From positions 1 to 15,965 of the forward strand of contig JBHGBC010000144.1 in the NCBI GenBank assembly GCA_041946805.1: a DNA stretch of 15,965 bases, written 5' to 3'. Below the pieces are notes generated by a model. It was not told the origin of the DNA. It saw only the letters and a list, made by a program, of their open reading frames with translations, and did no database searches. The position numbers were made by a program, and so were the translations under genes. Below, one piece after another: positions 1 through 7,786 of the stretch. The stretch comes from a bacterium (GTDB lineage Bacteria > Hinthialibacterota > Hinthialibacteria > Hinthialibacterales > Hinthialibacteraceae). How positions within the stretch are numbered: the stretch's first letter is position 1; each line of letters begins with the position of its first letter.

Positions 1-2
1 GT

Positions 3-425
3 CTGGAAGCCGCGATCCGGGAATTGACGGTGCAAATGCGGAAGGAGTATGGATTGCCGATCACCTTCCAGGATGACAAAAGCCTCAAACCGGTGTCGGA
101 TGATGTGCGGTATTTCCTGTTCCGGGCCATCCGGGAGTTGTTGGTGAATGTGACCAAACATGCGCGGGCAAGCCAGGCGCGGATCAGCCTGAGAAGGGAG
201 AACCGGAATCTCGTGATTGGAGTAGCGGACAACGGGGTGGGATGGGAACACACCGAAATGTCTGCCCGTCTGAGCGGCCGGGGCGGTTTTGGGCTGTTCA
301 ATATCCGCGAGCGGCTGGCGCAGCTCGGCGGTTCCTTGACGATCCAATCCGAACCGGGGGAAGGAACCCTCATCACCATGGTGATCCCCCTTCAGGAGGG
401 CGCCAGCGAGGAAGAGGCGCGATGA
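3..425 (+). CDS. Sensor histidine kinase, NarX/DegS-like (HisKA_3 class), C-terminal HATPase_c part; 5' end lies outside the window
   Basis: Frame is open from the window edge (LEAAIRELTVQ...). N box ELLVNVTKHA, G1 DNGVG, G2 GFGLFNIRER, terminal GEGT. Stop codon overlaps the next ATG (ATGA, 422-425). Confidence 0.93.
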   Translation: MEAAIRELTVQMRKEYGLPITFQDDKSLKPVSDDVRYFLFRAIRELLVNVTKHARASQARISLRRENRNLVIGVADNGVGWEHTEMSARLSGRGGFGLFNIRERLAQLGGSLTIQSEPGEGTLITMVIPLQEGASEEEAR

Positions 426-1081
426 AAGGAAAAATCCGGATTTTGCTGGCGGATGACCACGAGGTGGTCCGGGACGGTTTGCGTGTCCTGCTCGAAAAAC
501 AGCCGGATTTCGAAGTCATCGGGATGAGCGGCGACGGGCGGGAGACCATCCGGATGACGCAACAGCTCGCGCCGGACCTCGTGATCCTGGATATCAACAT
601 GCCCAATCTGAGCGGGATCGAGGCGGCCCGGCGGATTCGGGCGGGCACGCCGGCGGTGAAGATACTGACGTTATCGGTGCATTCGCGGAGCGCGTTGGTG
701 GCGCGGATGATCCAGGCGGGAGCGTCGGGCTATCTCCCCAAGAGCTGCGCGGCCCAGGAACTGATCGAGGCCATCCGCACGGTGATGCGGAACCATACGT
801 ATATCAGCCCGAAGATCATGGATTCGGTCGTGGAATATTTGCGGACCGAGCCGGCGGCGCGAGCGGTCCCCGCGGCCGAGCTGAGCGGCCGGGAGCGGGA
901 AGTGCTGGGCTTGATCGCGGCCGGGAAATCCAGCAAGGAGATCGCGGCATGCCTGAACCTGAGTGAACGGACGATCGAATTTCACCGTCACAATCTGATG
1001 GACAAACTCGGCCTGCATACCGTGGCGGATCTGACCAAATACGCCGTCCGGGAAGGACTGGCCCCGCTGGATGACGCCTGA
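422..1081 (+). CDS. NarL/FixJ-family DNA-binding response regulator (REC + LuxR HTH)
   Basis: MKGKIRILLADDH, phospho-acceptor LDINMP, GYLPK, C-terminal LSGREREVL...EIA...LSERTIEFHRHNLMDKL. True start is the ATG at 422, not 242. Confidence 0.96.
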   Translation: MKGKIRILLADDHEVVRDGLRVLLEKQPDFEVIGMSGDGRETIRMTQQLAPDLVILDINMPNLSGIEAARRIRAGTPAVKILTLSVHSRSALVARMIQAGASGYLPKSCAAQELIEAIRTVMRNHTYISPKIMDSVVEYLRTEPAARAVPAAELSGREREVLGLIAAGKSSKEIAACLNLSERTIEFHRHNLMDKLGLHTVADLTKYAVREGLAPLDDA

Positions 1082-1130
1082 ATCAGTTCACCGCGGCGAT
1101 TCCGTGAGAGTGAACAAAATAGGTAAATAG

Positions 1131-1437
1131 GATTTATCCCGGAAGTGAGTCCGACAGGAGGGGATAGCGATTCTCTCCGCTTTCCACGATTGGCTATCGA
1201 TCGCTCTTTCGCCGAAAGGAACTATTTACTGGTTTGCAGAACAGTTTTTGAGCACCAACGGAGCGTTTCAACCAGCCCTGGGATGGAAGGATCACGGCCA
1301 TGGCCTTGAATTCCCTCTCCCTCTGGGAGAGGGTTAGGGTGAGGGAAGCCGTGTGGAAGGGCGCAATTCATCCTCTCTATCTGTGCAATCGGGTAAATGG
1401 ATACCGCCGAAAAAGGTGCTCACTGACCGGATGAGCC
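1131..1437. mobile_element. MITE-like element, copy A (307 bp, degenerate TIRs, core inverted relative to the ends)
   Basis: Reverse complement of 1416-1437 is GGCTCATCCGGTCAGTGAGCAC. Left end 1131-1152 GATTTATCCCGGAAGTGAGTCC matches 16/22 to GGTTCATCCGAGAAGTGCGTAC. 35-bp core at 1311-1345. Confidence 0.6.
1311..1345 (+). repeat. 35-bp REP/boxC-like core TTCCCTCTCCCTCTGGGAGAGGGYYAGGGTGAGGG
   Basis: Near-identical copies at 4838-4872, 13610-13644 (reverse) and 15912-15946. Confidence 0.95.
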
Positions 1438-1505
1438 ATACAAACGTCATGCCCAGCTGAATCTATTTTCATCCCATCTCAATCAATGAGATCCTGATAA
1501 ACAGG

Positions 1506-1545
1506 AAGGCTCCGCCGCCGATGGTTCACGATACGCGGAGCCTTT
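1506..1545. terminator. Hairpin between convergent genes, possible terminator
   Basis: AAGGCTCCGC...GCGGAGCCTT 10-bp stem followed by TCTCCTT; the U-tract is weak. Confidence 0.45.
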
Positions 1546-1612
1546 CTCCTTCCTCACCGGGCCGGGCAGTGCCTGCCGGCCATTCCTGACGTCCTTTCCG
1601 GGCTACTCTCCG

Positions 1613-3223
1613 TTATTGCACCGAAGATTGTTTCGTAATCGTCACGTCCTTAATGGCCAGCCAGCCGTTGCTGACCGAGAAGCGGAAGTCGGCGCCGCGG
1701 TTCTCGCGGTTGACGAAGCGGGCGTCGCGCAGGGGGATCTTCCTCGTCACCCACTTTTTCGTGTTACCGCAGGTGACCAGACTGGTTCCCTTGTACGCGC
1801 CTTGCAATGTGGCGTTTTTGTCATGGGAATCATATTCGAGGGCATGCTGCTGGTGGCCTTCATCCCAGTAAGTGTATTCGAGGACCAGCGGTTCCGAACC
1901 ATCGAAGAAGAAGGGATCGGCCACGGAGAAATACATGTAGGTATGGCCGGACTGGATGGTCCGGACGCAGTTTTGTTCGCCGAGGGTGGCGTTTTCCACG
2001 GGTCCGTCCTCATTGCCCCGGACCAGCTTGATGCCCTCGGACGCTCCGCCTTCGCCCAAGGTAATACGTACGGAGCGGGCGCTCTCGTACTCGCTGCCCT
2101 CGGTGGAGGGGGGCGGCGGCAGGAGGTCGGGGTATTTCAGTTCGATGGTCTCGCTGGATCTCTCATTCTGCTTGAATTTCCGGCTGTATTCGCGGGTCAG
2201 ATCGATATACTGCCGGCCGTATTCGCGCGACTCGCAGATATCAGTGCCCTCGTGCATTTCGCTCCAGGTTTCGACCAAAACGATGCGCGCGTTGCTGTCG
2301 AGGACCTTGTTCCAGCTCCAACGGTAGAAGTTACCGTCTTCGCGGTGGCGGACCGGGGTGGTGCGTCCCGGCACGGCGGCGTCGATGTAGCCGGGGCCCA
2401 GTTGCGCCACGGCCCCGAAAATGTTGGGGCCGGTCAGGGCCGCGCCCCATTGGGTGGTGGCGTCGGCGTTGAAGTTCCAGGATTTGTCCTTGATAACATA
2501 GGGCCGCAGGCCGTGGAAGTCCCGGGCGAATTGCTGGTACACGTAATCGAGGGTGCTCTGGTCATGCCGCGCGGCGAAGGCGCTGGCGTAGAGGACCACC
2601 AGGGGCCGGCCGTCGATGGCGGCCCAATGACGGGGATGGATCTGGTAGAAGAAATCGCGGATGGTGCGGTAAAAGATGTCCTTGCCTTCCGGTTGGGTGA
2701 GGTCATAGCGTTCATCACGGCCGGCCACTCCCCGGATTCCCGGCAGCAGGGTGGACGTATCGTAGAACAGACCGATCTTGGGGGAGGGCTTCCCTTCCCG
2801 CGCGCGCCGTTCCATGGCGGTTTGCAGGGGTCCCAGTCCGCGGACGCTGAAGGCGATGCCGGGTTGGAAATAATTATCGACCACACCCCAATAGACGGGC
2901 AGGATGAAGTCGAGGCCCGCGTCCACGCAATCCTGCAGCTGCTGGGCGTGCCATTCGACCGAGTTGAAACTCACGCTTTCCGGATTGGGAAAATGATCCT
3001 GCAAGCTGTCGTCGGTATGCGCGCCGTTGTCGTAGAAGTGATGGTCCGGATAGTCGTACCAGTAGAAATAATGGGTCCCGACGATTTTCTGAGGAGCCTG
3101 GAAGGATTGGACTTCAGATAAAGCGCCCGGGCCCCAGACGGGATTGAATTCATCTCCCCCAGCGGACACGGCCCACGTGAAAACGGCGGCGAGAATCAAG
3201 AGAGTTTTGGCTTTATTCGGCAT
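1613..3223 (-). CDS. Secreted DUF5010 / GH99-like putative glycoside hydrolase with C-terminal beta-sandwich domain
   Basis: Signal peptide MPNKAKTLLILAAVFTWAVSA; motifs GTHYFYWYD, PKIGLFYDT and ETWSEMHEGT (resembles the GH99 catalytic ExHE motif); Pro-rich linker, then a beta-rich domain of about 160 aa. Confidence 0.7.
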   Translation of the reverse strand: MPNKAKTLLILAAVFTWAVSAGGDEFNPVWGPGALSEVQSFQAPQKIVGTHYFYWYDYPDHHFYDNGAHTDDSLQDHFPNPESVSFNSVEWHAQQLQDCVDAGLDFILPVYWGVVDNYFQPGIAFSVRGLGPLQTAMERRAREGKPSPKIGLFYDTSTLLPGIRGVAGRDERYDLTQPEGKDIFYRTIRDFFYQIHPRHWAAIDGRPLVVLYASAFAARHDQSTLDYVYQQFARDFHGLRPYVIKDKSWNFNADATTQWGAALTGPNIFGAVAQLGPGYIDAAVPGRTTPVRHREDGNFYRWSWNKVLDSNARIVLVETWSEMHEGTDICESREYGRQYIDLTREYSRKFKQNERSSETIELKYPDLLPPPPSTEGSEYESARSVRITLGEGGASEGIKLVRGNEDGPVENATLGEQNCVRTIQSGHTYMYFSVADPFFFDGSEPLVLEYTYWDEGHQQHALEYDSHDKNATLQGAYKGTSLVTCGNTKKWVTRKIPLRDARFVNRENRGADFRFSVSNGWLAIKDVTITKQSSVQ

Positions 3224-3569
3224 CTTCTTTTCCTACGATATGTGTGATGGAGGACTTCAGGATTTCGATTTTAACATTGTCCGCGACTTTGATTACAGCC
3301 TTCTCCTCCTTGATGCCGATGATGGTCCCGTAGATCCCGCCCGCGCCGATGATTTGATCGCCCTTTTTCAGCGCGTTCACTTTTTGTTCGTGCTGATGGC
3401 GTTGTTTTTGCTGCGGACGGATGAGGAGAAAATAGAAAACACCGAAAATCATCCCCATCATGAGGAGAAAACTGCTGAGGGATTCCATCGGGCCTTGCGG
3501 GGCGGGCGCTTCACCGGCCCACGCGTTCGCGGCGGCCAGGATCCCGGGGATCCAAATCAATCGTTTCAT
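3213..3569 (-). CDS. yajC: Preprotein translocase subunit YajC
   Basis: FYFLLIRPQQKQR...LKKGDQIIGAGGIYGTI signature. AGGAG lies 9 nt upstream of the ATG at 3569. Confidence 0.95.
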   Translation of the reverse strand: MKRLIWIPGILAAANAWAGEAPAPQGPMESLSSFLLMMGMIFGVFYFLLIRPQQKQRHQHEQKVNALKKGDQIIGAGGIYGTIIGIKEEKAVIKVADNVKIEILKSSITHIVGKEDAE

Positions 3570-3651
3570 TCCAGTAGGCTCCTGCAATATAATATCTTCA
3601 CAATCCGGGTCTCCGGATTCTTGGAAATCCGGAAGGCGAAAAACCGGATGT

Positions 3652-3680
3652 AGTATAGGCGGGGAGGGGGCGGATTGTAA
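3652..3680 (-). promoter_or_regulatory. Putative sigma70-type promoter for yajC
   Basis: Minus strand TTACAA-N17-TATACT. Confidence 0.4.
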
Positions 3681-3742
3681 CCCGGAGCGGGATTCTCATG
3701 GGGGGGCGAGGATGAGATGGGACGGGTATTCAACACGTTAAA

Positions 3743-3770
3743 ATAGGGGCACGAGGCAATGTACCCCTCC
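3743..3770. repeat. REP-like palindrome (AGGGGCAC...GTRCCCCT type)
   Basis: ATAGGGGCACGAGGCAATGTACCCCTCC, 22/28 identical to 13904-13931. Confidence 0.7.
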
Positions 3771-3836
3771 GATTGCAGCGTTGTAGGTTTCCTGCCCGCA
3801 TAAATCATTCAGATAGGTCATTCAAATGGTTCCCAC

Positions 3837-4721
3837 TCACAATATCAAATCGCACACCGTGGCGCGCAAGCCCTGCTGCTCCAATCCGCAGGCTACCGCG
3901 AAGGCCTCCTCCAGGCGGGTATGCAGGCTGTAGAGGTTGGAACCGGAACCGGTCAGCCGGGGTGGGGTAGGGGAGACGCCTTGGAAAGTTCCGTACGCCT
4001 GATGGATGCCGGGGTAATTCGCGAAAATGACGGATTCGAACGCATTGAACAAAAAGCCGGGCACTCGCTCCCAGTTCTGTTCTTTCAGCGCCTGGATCAG
4101 CGGTTGGGGTGAAGCCGGATGGCGGGGTTCGAGCTGGTCCCACAGTTTATAGGCGTGCGGCGTCGATACATGTTCTTCGGGATGGCAAAGCACGGCGCGC
4201 AGGGGAGGTTCTCCTTCCGGGAGAGGAATCGGGATGGGGGTTACCCGCTCGCCGATGCCCTCGCACAGGCAGCAGCCGTCGTACAGGAAAAAGGGGACAT
4301 CCGCTCCGATCCGGGCTCCGGTTTCCCGCATGGTTTCCATCGGGACCAGCTCACCAGTCAGGCGGTTCAGGGCGGTGAGGACCGTCGCGGCGTTGCTGCT
4401 GCCCCCTCCCAGCCCGCCCCCCTGGGGGATTCGTTTCTCGATGTGGATCCGCACTCCCTGGGGCAGGTTGAGCAGATCCCGAAACCGCCGGGCGGCGTGG
4501 TGCGCGGTGTTGGACAGATCCAAGGGGATCCGAGGACCGCTGGAGGTCAACTGGATCTCGGGAGTACGGATCAACGAGCATTCGATCCTATCATGAAACG
4601 AGACCTTGGCGTTCACCATGGTGAGCAGATGGTAGCCGTCTTCCCGGACGCCCACGATATCCAGGAACAGGTTGATTTTCGCGGGGGAGGGCAACTCCAG
4701 GGTCATGATATATCCCGGCAT
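3837..4721 (-). CDS. ispE: 4-diphosphocytidyl-2-C-methyl-D-erythritol kinase
   Basis: PAKINLFL, GHMP kinase motif IPQGGGLGGGSSNAA, GADVPFF, TGSGS. The start could be the ATG at 4706. Confidence 0.96.
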   Translation of the reverse strand: MPGYIMTLELPSPAKINLFLDIVGVREDGYHLLTMVNAKVSFHDRIECSLIRTPEIQLTSSGPRIPLDLSNTAHHAARRFRDLLNLPQGVRIHIEKRIPQGGGLGGGSSNAATVLTALNRLTGELVPMETMRETGARIGADVPFFLYDGCCLCEGIGERVTPIPIPLPEGEPPLRAVLCHPEEHVSTPHAYKLWDQLEPRHPASPQPLIQALKEQNWERVPGFLFNAFESVIFANYPGIHQAYGTFQGVSPTPPRLTGSGSNLYSLHTRLEEAFAVACGLEQQGLRATVCDLIL

Positions 4722-4758
4722 GGGAATGGTGTTCCATCAATTCCAAATGAATAAATCG

Positions 4759-5023
4759 GATTCAAGCGGCCAGTGCGTACTTTTTCATAGATAACGCGGT
4801 CACTCTGCCATGGACTGGTTAGAGAGATCAACCCAATTTCCCTCTCCCTCTGGGAGAGGGCCAGGGTGAGGGATAACCTATTCGCTCGGGTTCACCTCGA
4901 TCGGTAACGGCCATCCTTTCGCTGATCAGTATAATGAGTTCCCTTTAGGGGACGGCTTTAAAGTCGCCCAGGATTTCAACCCAGGGCCAATGGCCGCGGA
5001 TGTACGCACTTCTCGGATGAACC
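4759..5023. mobile_element. MITE-like element, copy B (265 bp), between ispD and ispE
   Basis: Left end GATTCAAGCGGCCAGTGCGTAC (4759-4780), right end GTACGCACTTCTCGGATGAACC (5002-5023), core at 4838-4872. Confidence 0.75.
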
Positions 5024-5075
5024 CGATTTATTCCCCAATCAGGATCATGGGATTAACATGGTTTTCGGCCGGCCA

Positions 5076-5786
5076 TTACTCGTTAGCCGGATGAACCATT
5101 TTCCGGATGGATTCGGCCAGGATCCAATCATCCGGTGTAGTGAGTTTGATGTTGAGATACGATCCTTCCACCATCACCACCGTTCCTCCCGCCCATTCCA
5201 GCACCGCGCCGTCGTCGGTGGGGCAGGGCGGCGGCGAGTACGCTCGATAAGCCCGCAGGATGTCCAGGTATCGAAACGTTTGCGGAGTTTGTGAAAGCCA
5301 ATAACGGCTGCGTTCGTGCGTGCGGATGACGGTGGCGTCCGGATGGATTTCCTTCAGCGTGTCCTTGAGCGGCACGCCCACCACGGCGCCGGGATATTTC
5401 GCCAAGGCCGCAAGAGACAACTCAATGAACCGTTCCTGAATGAAGGGCCGCGCCGAGTCGTGAATCAAGACGGCCTCGGGGGAGAAGGCCTGGCAGGCTA
5501 ACAAGCCGTTGCGCACGGAATCGAACCGTTCCGCGCCACCCGCCGCGAAGTGGCCCGCCGCCTTGGGGCAATAACTCCGGGCCGCCGATTCCAAGACCGT
5601 GCGTTCCTCCTCCCGGCCCACGATTACCACATGGGTGATGGATTGGCATTGTTGAAAGACGCCCAGGCTGTACGCGAGCACCGGCCGGTCTCCCAGGGGA
5701 CGCAGGACTTTGTTTTCTCCCCCGCCCATCCGGGTGCTCCGGCCGGCGGTCAGGACGATGGCGGCCACTGTGTGAAAAGCGTTCAT
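5076..5786 (-). CDS. ispD: 2-C-methyl-D-erythritol 4-phosphate cytidylyltransferase
   Basis: AG-STRMG, GGAERFDSVRNGL, HDSARPF, QTPQTF, TDD, NIKLTTPDD. Start set at ATG 5786 because the longer ORF runs through the rpsT terminator. Confidence 0.96.
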   Translation of the reverse strand: MNAFHTVAAIVLTAGRSTRMGGGENKVLRPLGDRPVLAYSLGVFQQCQSITHVVIVGREEERTVLESAARSYCPKAAGHFAAGGAERFDSVRNGLLACQAFSPEAVLIHDSARPFIQERFIELSLAALAKYPGAVVGVPLKDTLKEIHPDATVIRTHERSRYWLSQTPQTFRYLDILRAYRAYSPPPCPTDDGAVLEWAGGTVVMVEGSYLNIKLTTPDDWILAESIRKMVHPANE

Positions 5787-5828
5787 GAGTACTTCCACAA
5801 AGGTACGTTTTTCCGGAGACTGGCCGAT

Positions 5829-5862
5829 AAAAAAATCCCCGCGTGAAAAATCACGGGGGGAT
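5829..5862 (-). terminator. Rho-independent terminator after rpsT
   Basis: Minus strand ATCCCCCCGTGA-TTTT-TCACGCGGGGAT followed by a T run, about 20 nt after the rpsT stop. Confidence 0.85.
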
Positions 5863-5883
5863 GGTAAGTCCATTGCACCGCGG

Positions 5884-6153
5884 TTACCGGGCCGCCGCGC
5901 GGTCCACCAGGCGCATGAGCCGGGATTTCCGGCGCGAGGCGTTGCGCGGGTGAATGATGTGTTTCTTGGCCGCCGTATCCAGGGCCGATACCGCCTCGCG
6001 GAGTATTACCCGCGATTCATCCAGTTTTTTCTGCTCCACGGAGAGCCGGACTTTCTTGATCAGGGTGCGAATGCGGGATTTGGTGGATATATTGCGTTGG
6101 CGCAGTTTGACGCTTTTCCGCAAGCTTTTTTCCGCCGATTTATGGTTGGGCAT
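5884..6153 (-). CDS. rpsT: 30S ribosomal protein S20
   Basis: MPNHKSAEK...RN...KSRIRTLIKK...LDTAAKKHIIHPRNASRRKSRL. GAGGAG RBS upstream. Confidence 0.97.
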   Translation of the reverse strand: MPNHKSAEKSLRKSVKLRQRNISTKSRIRTLIKKVRLSVEQKKLDESRVILREAVSALDTAAKKHIIHPRNASRRKSRLMRLVDRAAAR

Positions 6154-6199
6154 TATTTATCGCTCCTCAAACGGATTCGGATTGTGAATTGCCGGTGGT

Positions 6200-6661
6200 T
6201 TAACGGTGAACGAACGAGATCAACGCCATCGTCCGCGCGCGCTTGATCGCGGTGGTCAACATGCGCTGGTGGAAGGCGCACGTGCCCGTGATGCGGCGCG
6301 GCATGATCTTTCCCCGCTCCGTCAAAAATTCCCGCAGCAGCCGGTAATTCTTGAAATCGATGTAATGGACATGATCCACGCAGAACCGGCACACCTTGCG
6401 TCGGGGGAACCGGCGGCGTTGCGGCGCGCCTCCCGGCCCGGTTTTGCCTCTCGCGCCCGGACCGCCAGGACCCGGGCGTCCACCGTATCCGCCCCGGCCG
6501 CCGCCCCGGTCATCGCCGTATTCATCATCCGGCCGGCGGTATGGCTCTCCACCCCCGCTGCCCCGGTACGGGGGACGCCCGCCGCGGGGGCGGGCAGCAT
6601 CGGAATGCGAGGGGGAATCGGGACGGCTGGTGGATTCAGGATTGGGCATATTTTCACTCAT
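6200..6661 (-). CDS. rpsR: 30S ribosomal protein S18 with long Gly/Arg/Pro-rich N-terminal extension
   Basis: RRKVCRFC...[31 protein letters not shown]...AIKRAR. Carries the zinc-binding Cys/His set. Confidence 0.96.
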   Translation of the reverse strand: MSENMPNPESTSRPDSPSHSDAARPRGGRPPYRGSGGGEPYRRPDDEYGDDRGGGRGGYGGRPGPGGPGARGKTGPGGAPQRRRFPRRKVCRFCVDHVHYIDFKNYRLLREFLTERGKIMPRRITGTCAFHQRMLTTAIKRARTMALISFVHR

Positions 6662-6685
6662 GAGGTTTCATGACTCCTGTTTGGT

Positions 6686-7129
6686 TTAGAAAGGTAAGTC
6701 ACTGTCGTTGATATCCGCCGGCATGTCGGGATGGAAATCCTCTCCCGGCGGCGGAGGCGCGTTCTCCTCGGAAGGGGGAGCGAAAGCCGCCTCGCCGGGA
6801 CGGCCACCCTGGCCGCGCTCCAGGAATTGAATGGTATCGACAACCACTTCGTACGTCACGCGGTTCTCGCCTTCCTTGGTTTGATATTTGTTCATCTGGA
6901 GCGAGCCTTCCACGGCGATCAGGCGGCCCTTTTTCATGTATTGCCCGGCCAGTTCGGCTTGTTTCCGCCAAGCCTTGAGATTGATGAAATCGGTCTCGCG
7001 TTCTCCGCTGGCGTTTTTGAACCGGCGGTCCACCGCGAGACGCATTTGCGCCACGGGAATGCCATTTTGGGTGTACCGCATTTCCGGGTCCGCGGTCAGG
7101 CGGCCGATCAGGATCACTCGGTTGATCAT
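6686..7129 (-). CDS. ssb: Single-stranded DNA-binding protein
   Basis: MINRVILIGRLTADPEMRYT, KKGRLIAVEGSL, acidic C-terminal tip DSDLPF. Confidence 0.98.
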   Translation of the reverse strand: MINRVILIGRLTADPEMRYTQNGIPVAQMRLAVDRRFKNASGERETDFINLKAWRKQAELAGQYMKKGRLIAVEGSLQMNKYQTKEGENRVTYEVVVDTIQFLERGQGGRPGEAAFAPPSEENAPPPPGEDFHPDMPADINDSDLPF

Positions 7130-7137
7130 GATGTCAC

Positions 7138-7683
7138 TCAGAGTGTTTCGCTGTCTTGGGGAGCAGCGGATTCTGGCGCCGGTTCCACTGGAGGCGCGGA
7201 GGCTTCCGCGGCCGCCGGCGCGGATTCAGGAGCCGGTTCCGTTTCACTGGCCAGGGCGGCCGCCGCGGCGGCCGCTTCCGCCGCGGCCTTGCGCTGCGCC
7301 TCGGCGGCGGCTTCTTCTTCGCGGGCCTTGCGGGCGGCTTCCAATTCTTTTTGTTTCTTTAGTTCGTCCTGCTTTTCCTGCAGGAGTTTGGCCTTGGGGA
7401 CCTTGAGAATCAACTCCCGCAGAATGCCCACCCGCGTTTTGATCAGTTCCTGGATTTTGGACGGCGTATCTTCCGGCGCGGTGAATTCCAGATTGATATA
7501 CACGCCATGGGTCTTTTTCTTCAGCGGATAGGCCAGCTGCCGGGCGCCCCAGTTGGTCTCCTTTTGGATTTCCCCCCCGGCTTCCAGGATGGTGTTCCGC
7601 ACCTCGGAAGACAACCTCTGAATCATGGATTCTTCCAGGGATGAATCGATGATGTACAGTGCTTCGTATAACGAAGACGCCAT
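7138..7683 (-). CDS. rpsF: 30S ribosomal protein S6 with Ala/Glu/Pro-rich C-terminal extension
   Basis: YEALYIID, WGARQLAYPLKK...GVY, ILRELI. AGGAGG RBS precedes the ATG at 7683. Confidence 0.96.
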   Translation of the reverse strand: MASSLYEALYIIDSSLEESMIQRLSSEVRNTILEAGGEIQKETNWGARQLAYPLKKKTHGVYINLEFTAPEDTPSKIQELIKTRVGILRELILKVPKAKLLQEKQDELKKQKELEAARKAREEEAAAEAQRKAAAEAAAAAAALASETEPAPESAPAAAEASAPPVEPAPESAAPQDSETL

Positions 7684-7687
7684 GTAA

Positions 7688-7786
7688 AACCTCCTGCGGT
7701 CGGTGGTCCATGCCACGCGGGCATGGACAGGATGATCCCTCCGCGGACACGAAGGGACGGCCGGTTCCCAAACGGGCCGGTCCGTG
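7688..7786 (-). promoter_or_regulatory. Structured rpsF leader, probable S6:S18 autoregulatory RNA
   Basis: Transcript reads UCCU-GUCCAUGCC(CGCGU)GGCAUGGAC-CACCGACCGC-AGGAGG, so the outer stem pairs with the RBS and a C-rich internal loop forms. A second hairpin lies at about 7757-7785. Confidence 0.6.

Noticed and set aside
242..421. N-terminal extension of the response regulator ORF
   Set aside because: Overlaps the kinase in another frame; the ATGA coupling at 422 gives the real start.
1616..3121. 501-aa + strand ORF
   Set aside because: Antisense shadow of the DUF5010-like gene in GC-rich DNA; no recognisable motifs.
3590..3836. Possible tRNA-Gln, often found near ispE or glmU/prs
   Set aside because: No cloverleaf or T-loop GTTCRA motif here or upstream of glmU; the hairpins are REP-like.
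5787..5873. Longer ispD start at 5873
   Set aside because: The extension spans the rpsT terminator and has no IspD similarity.
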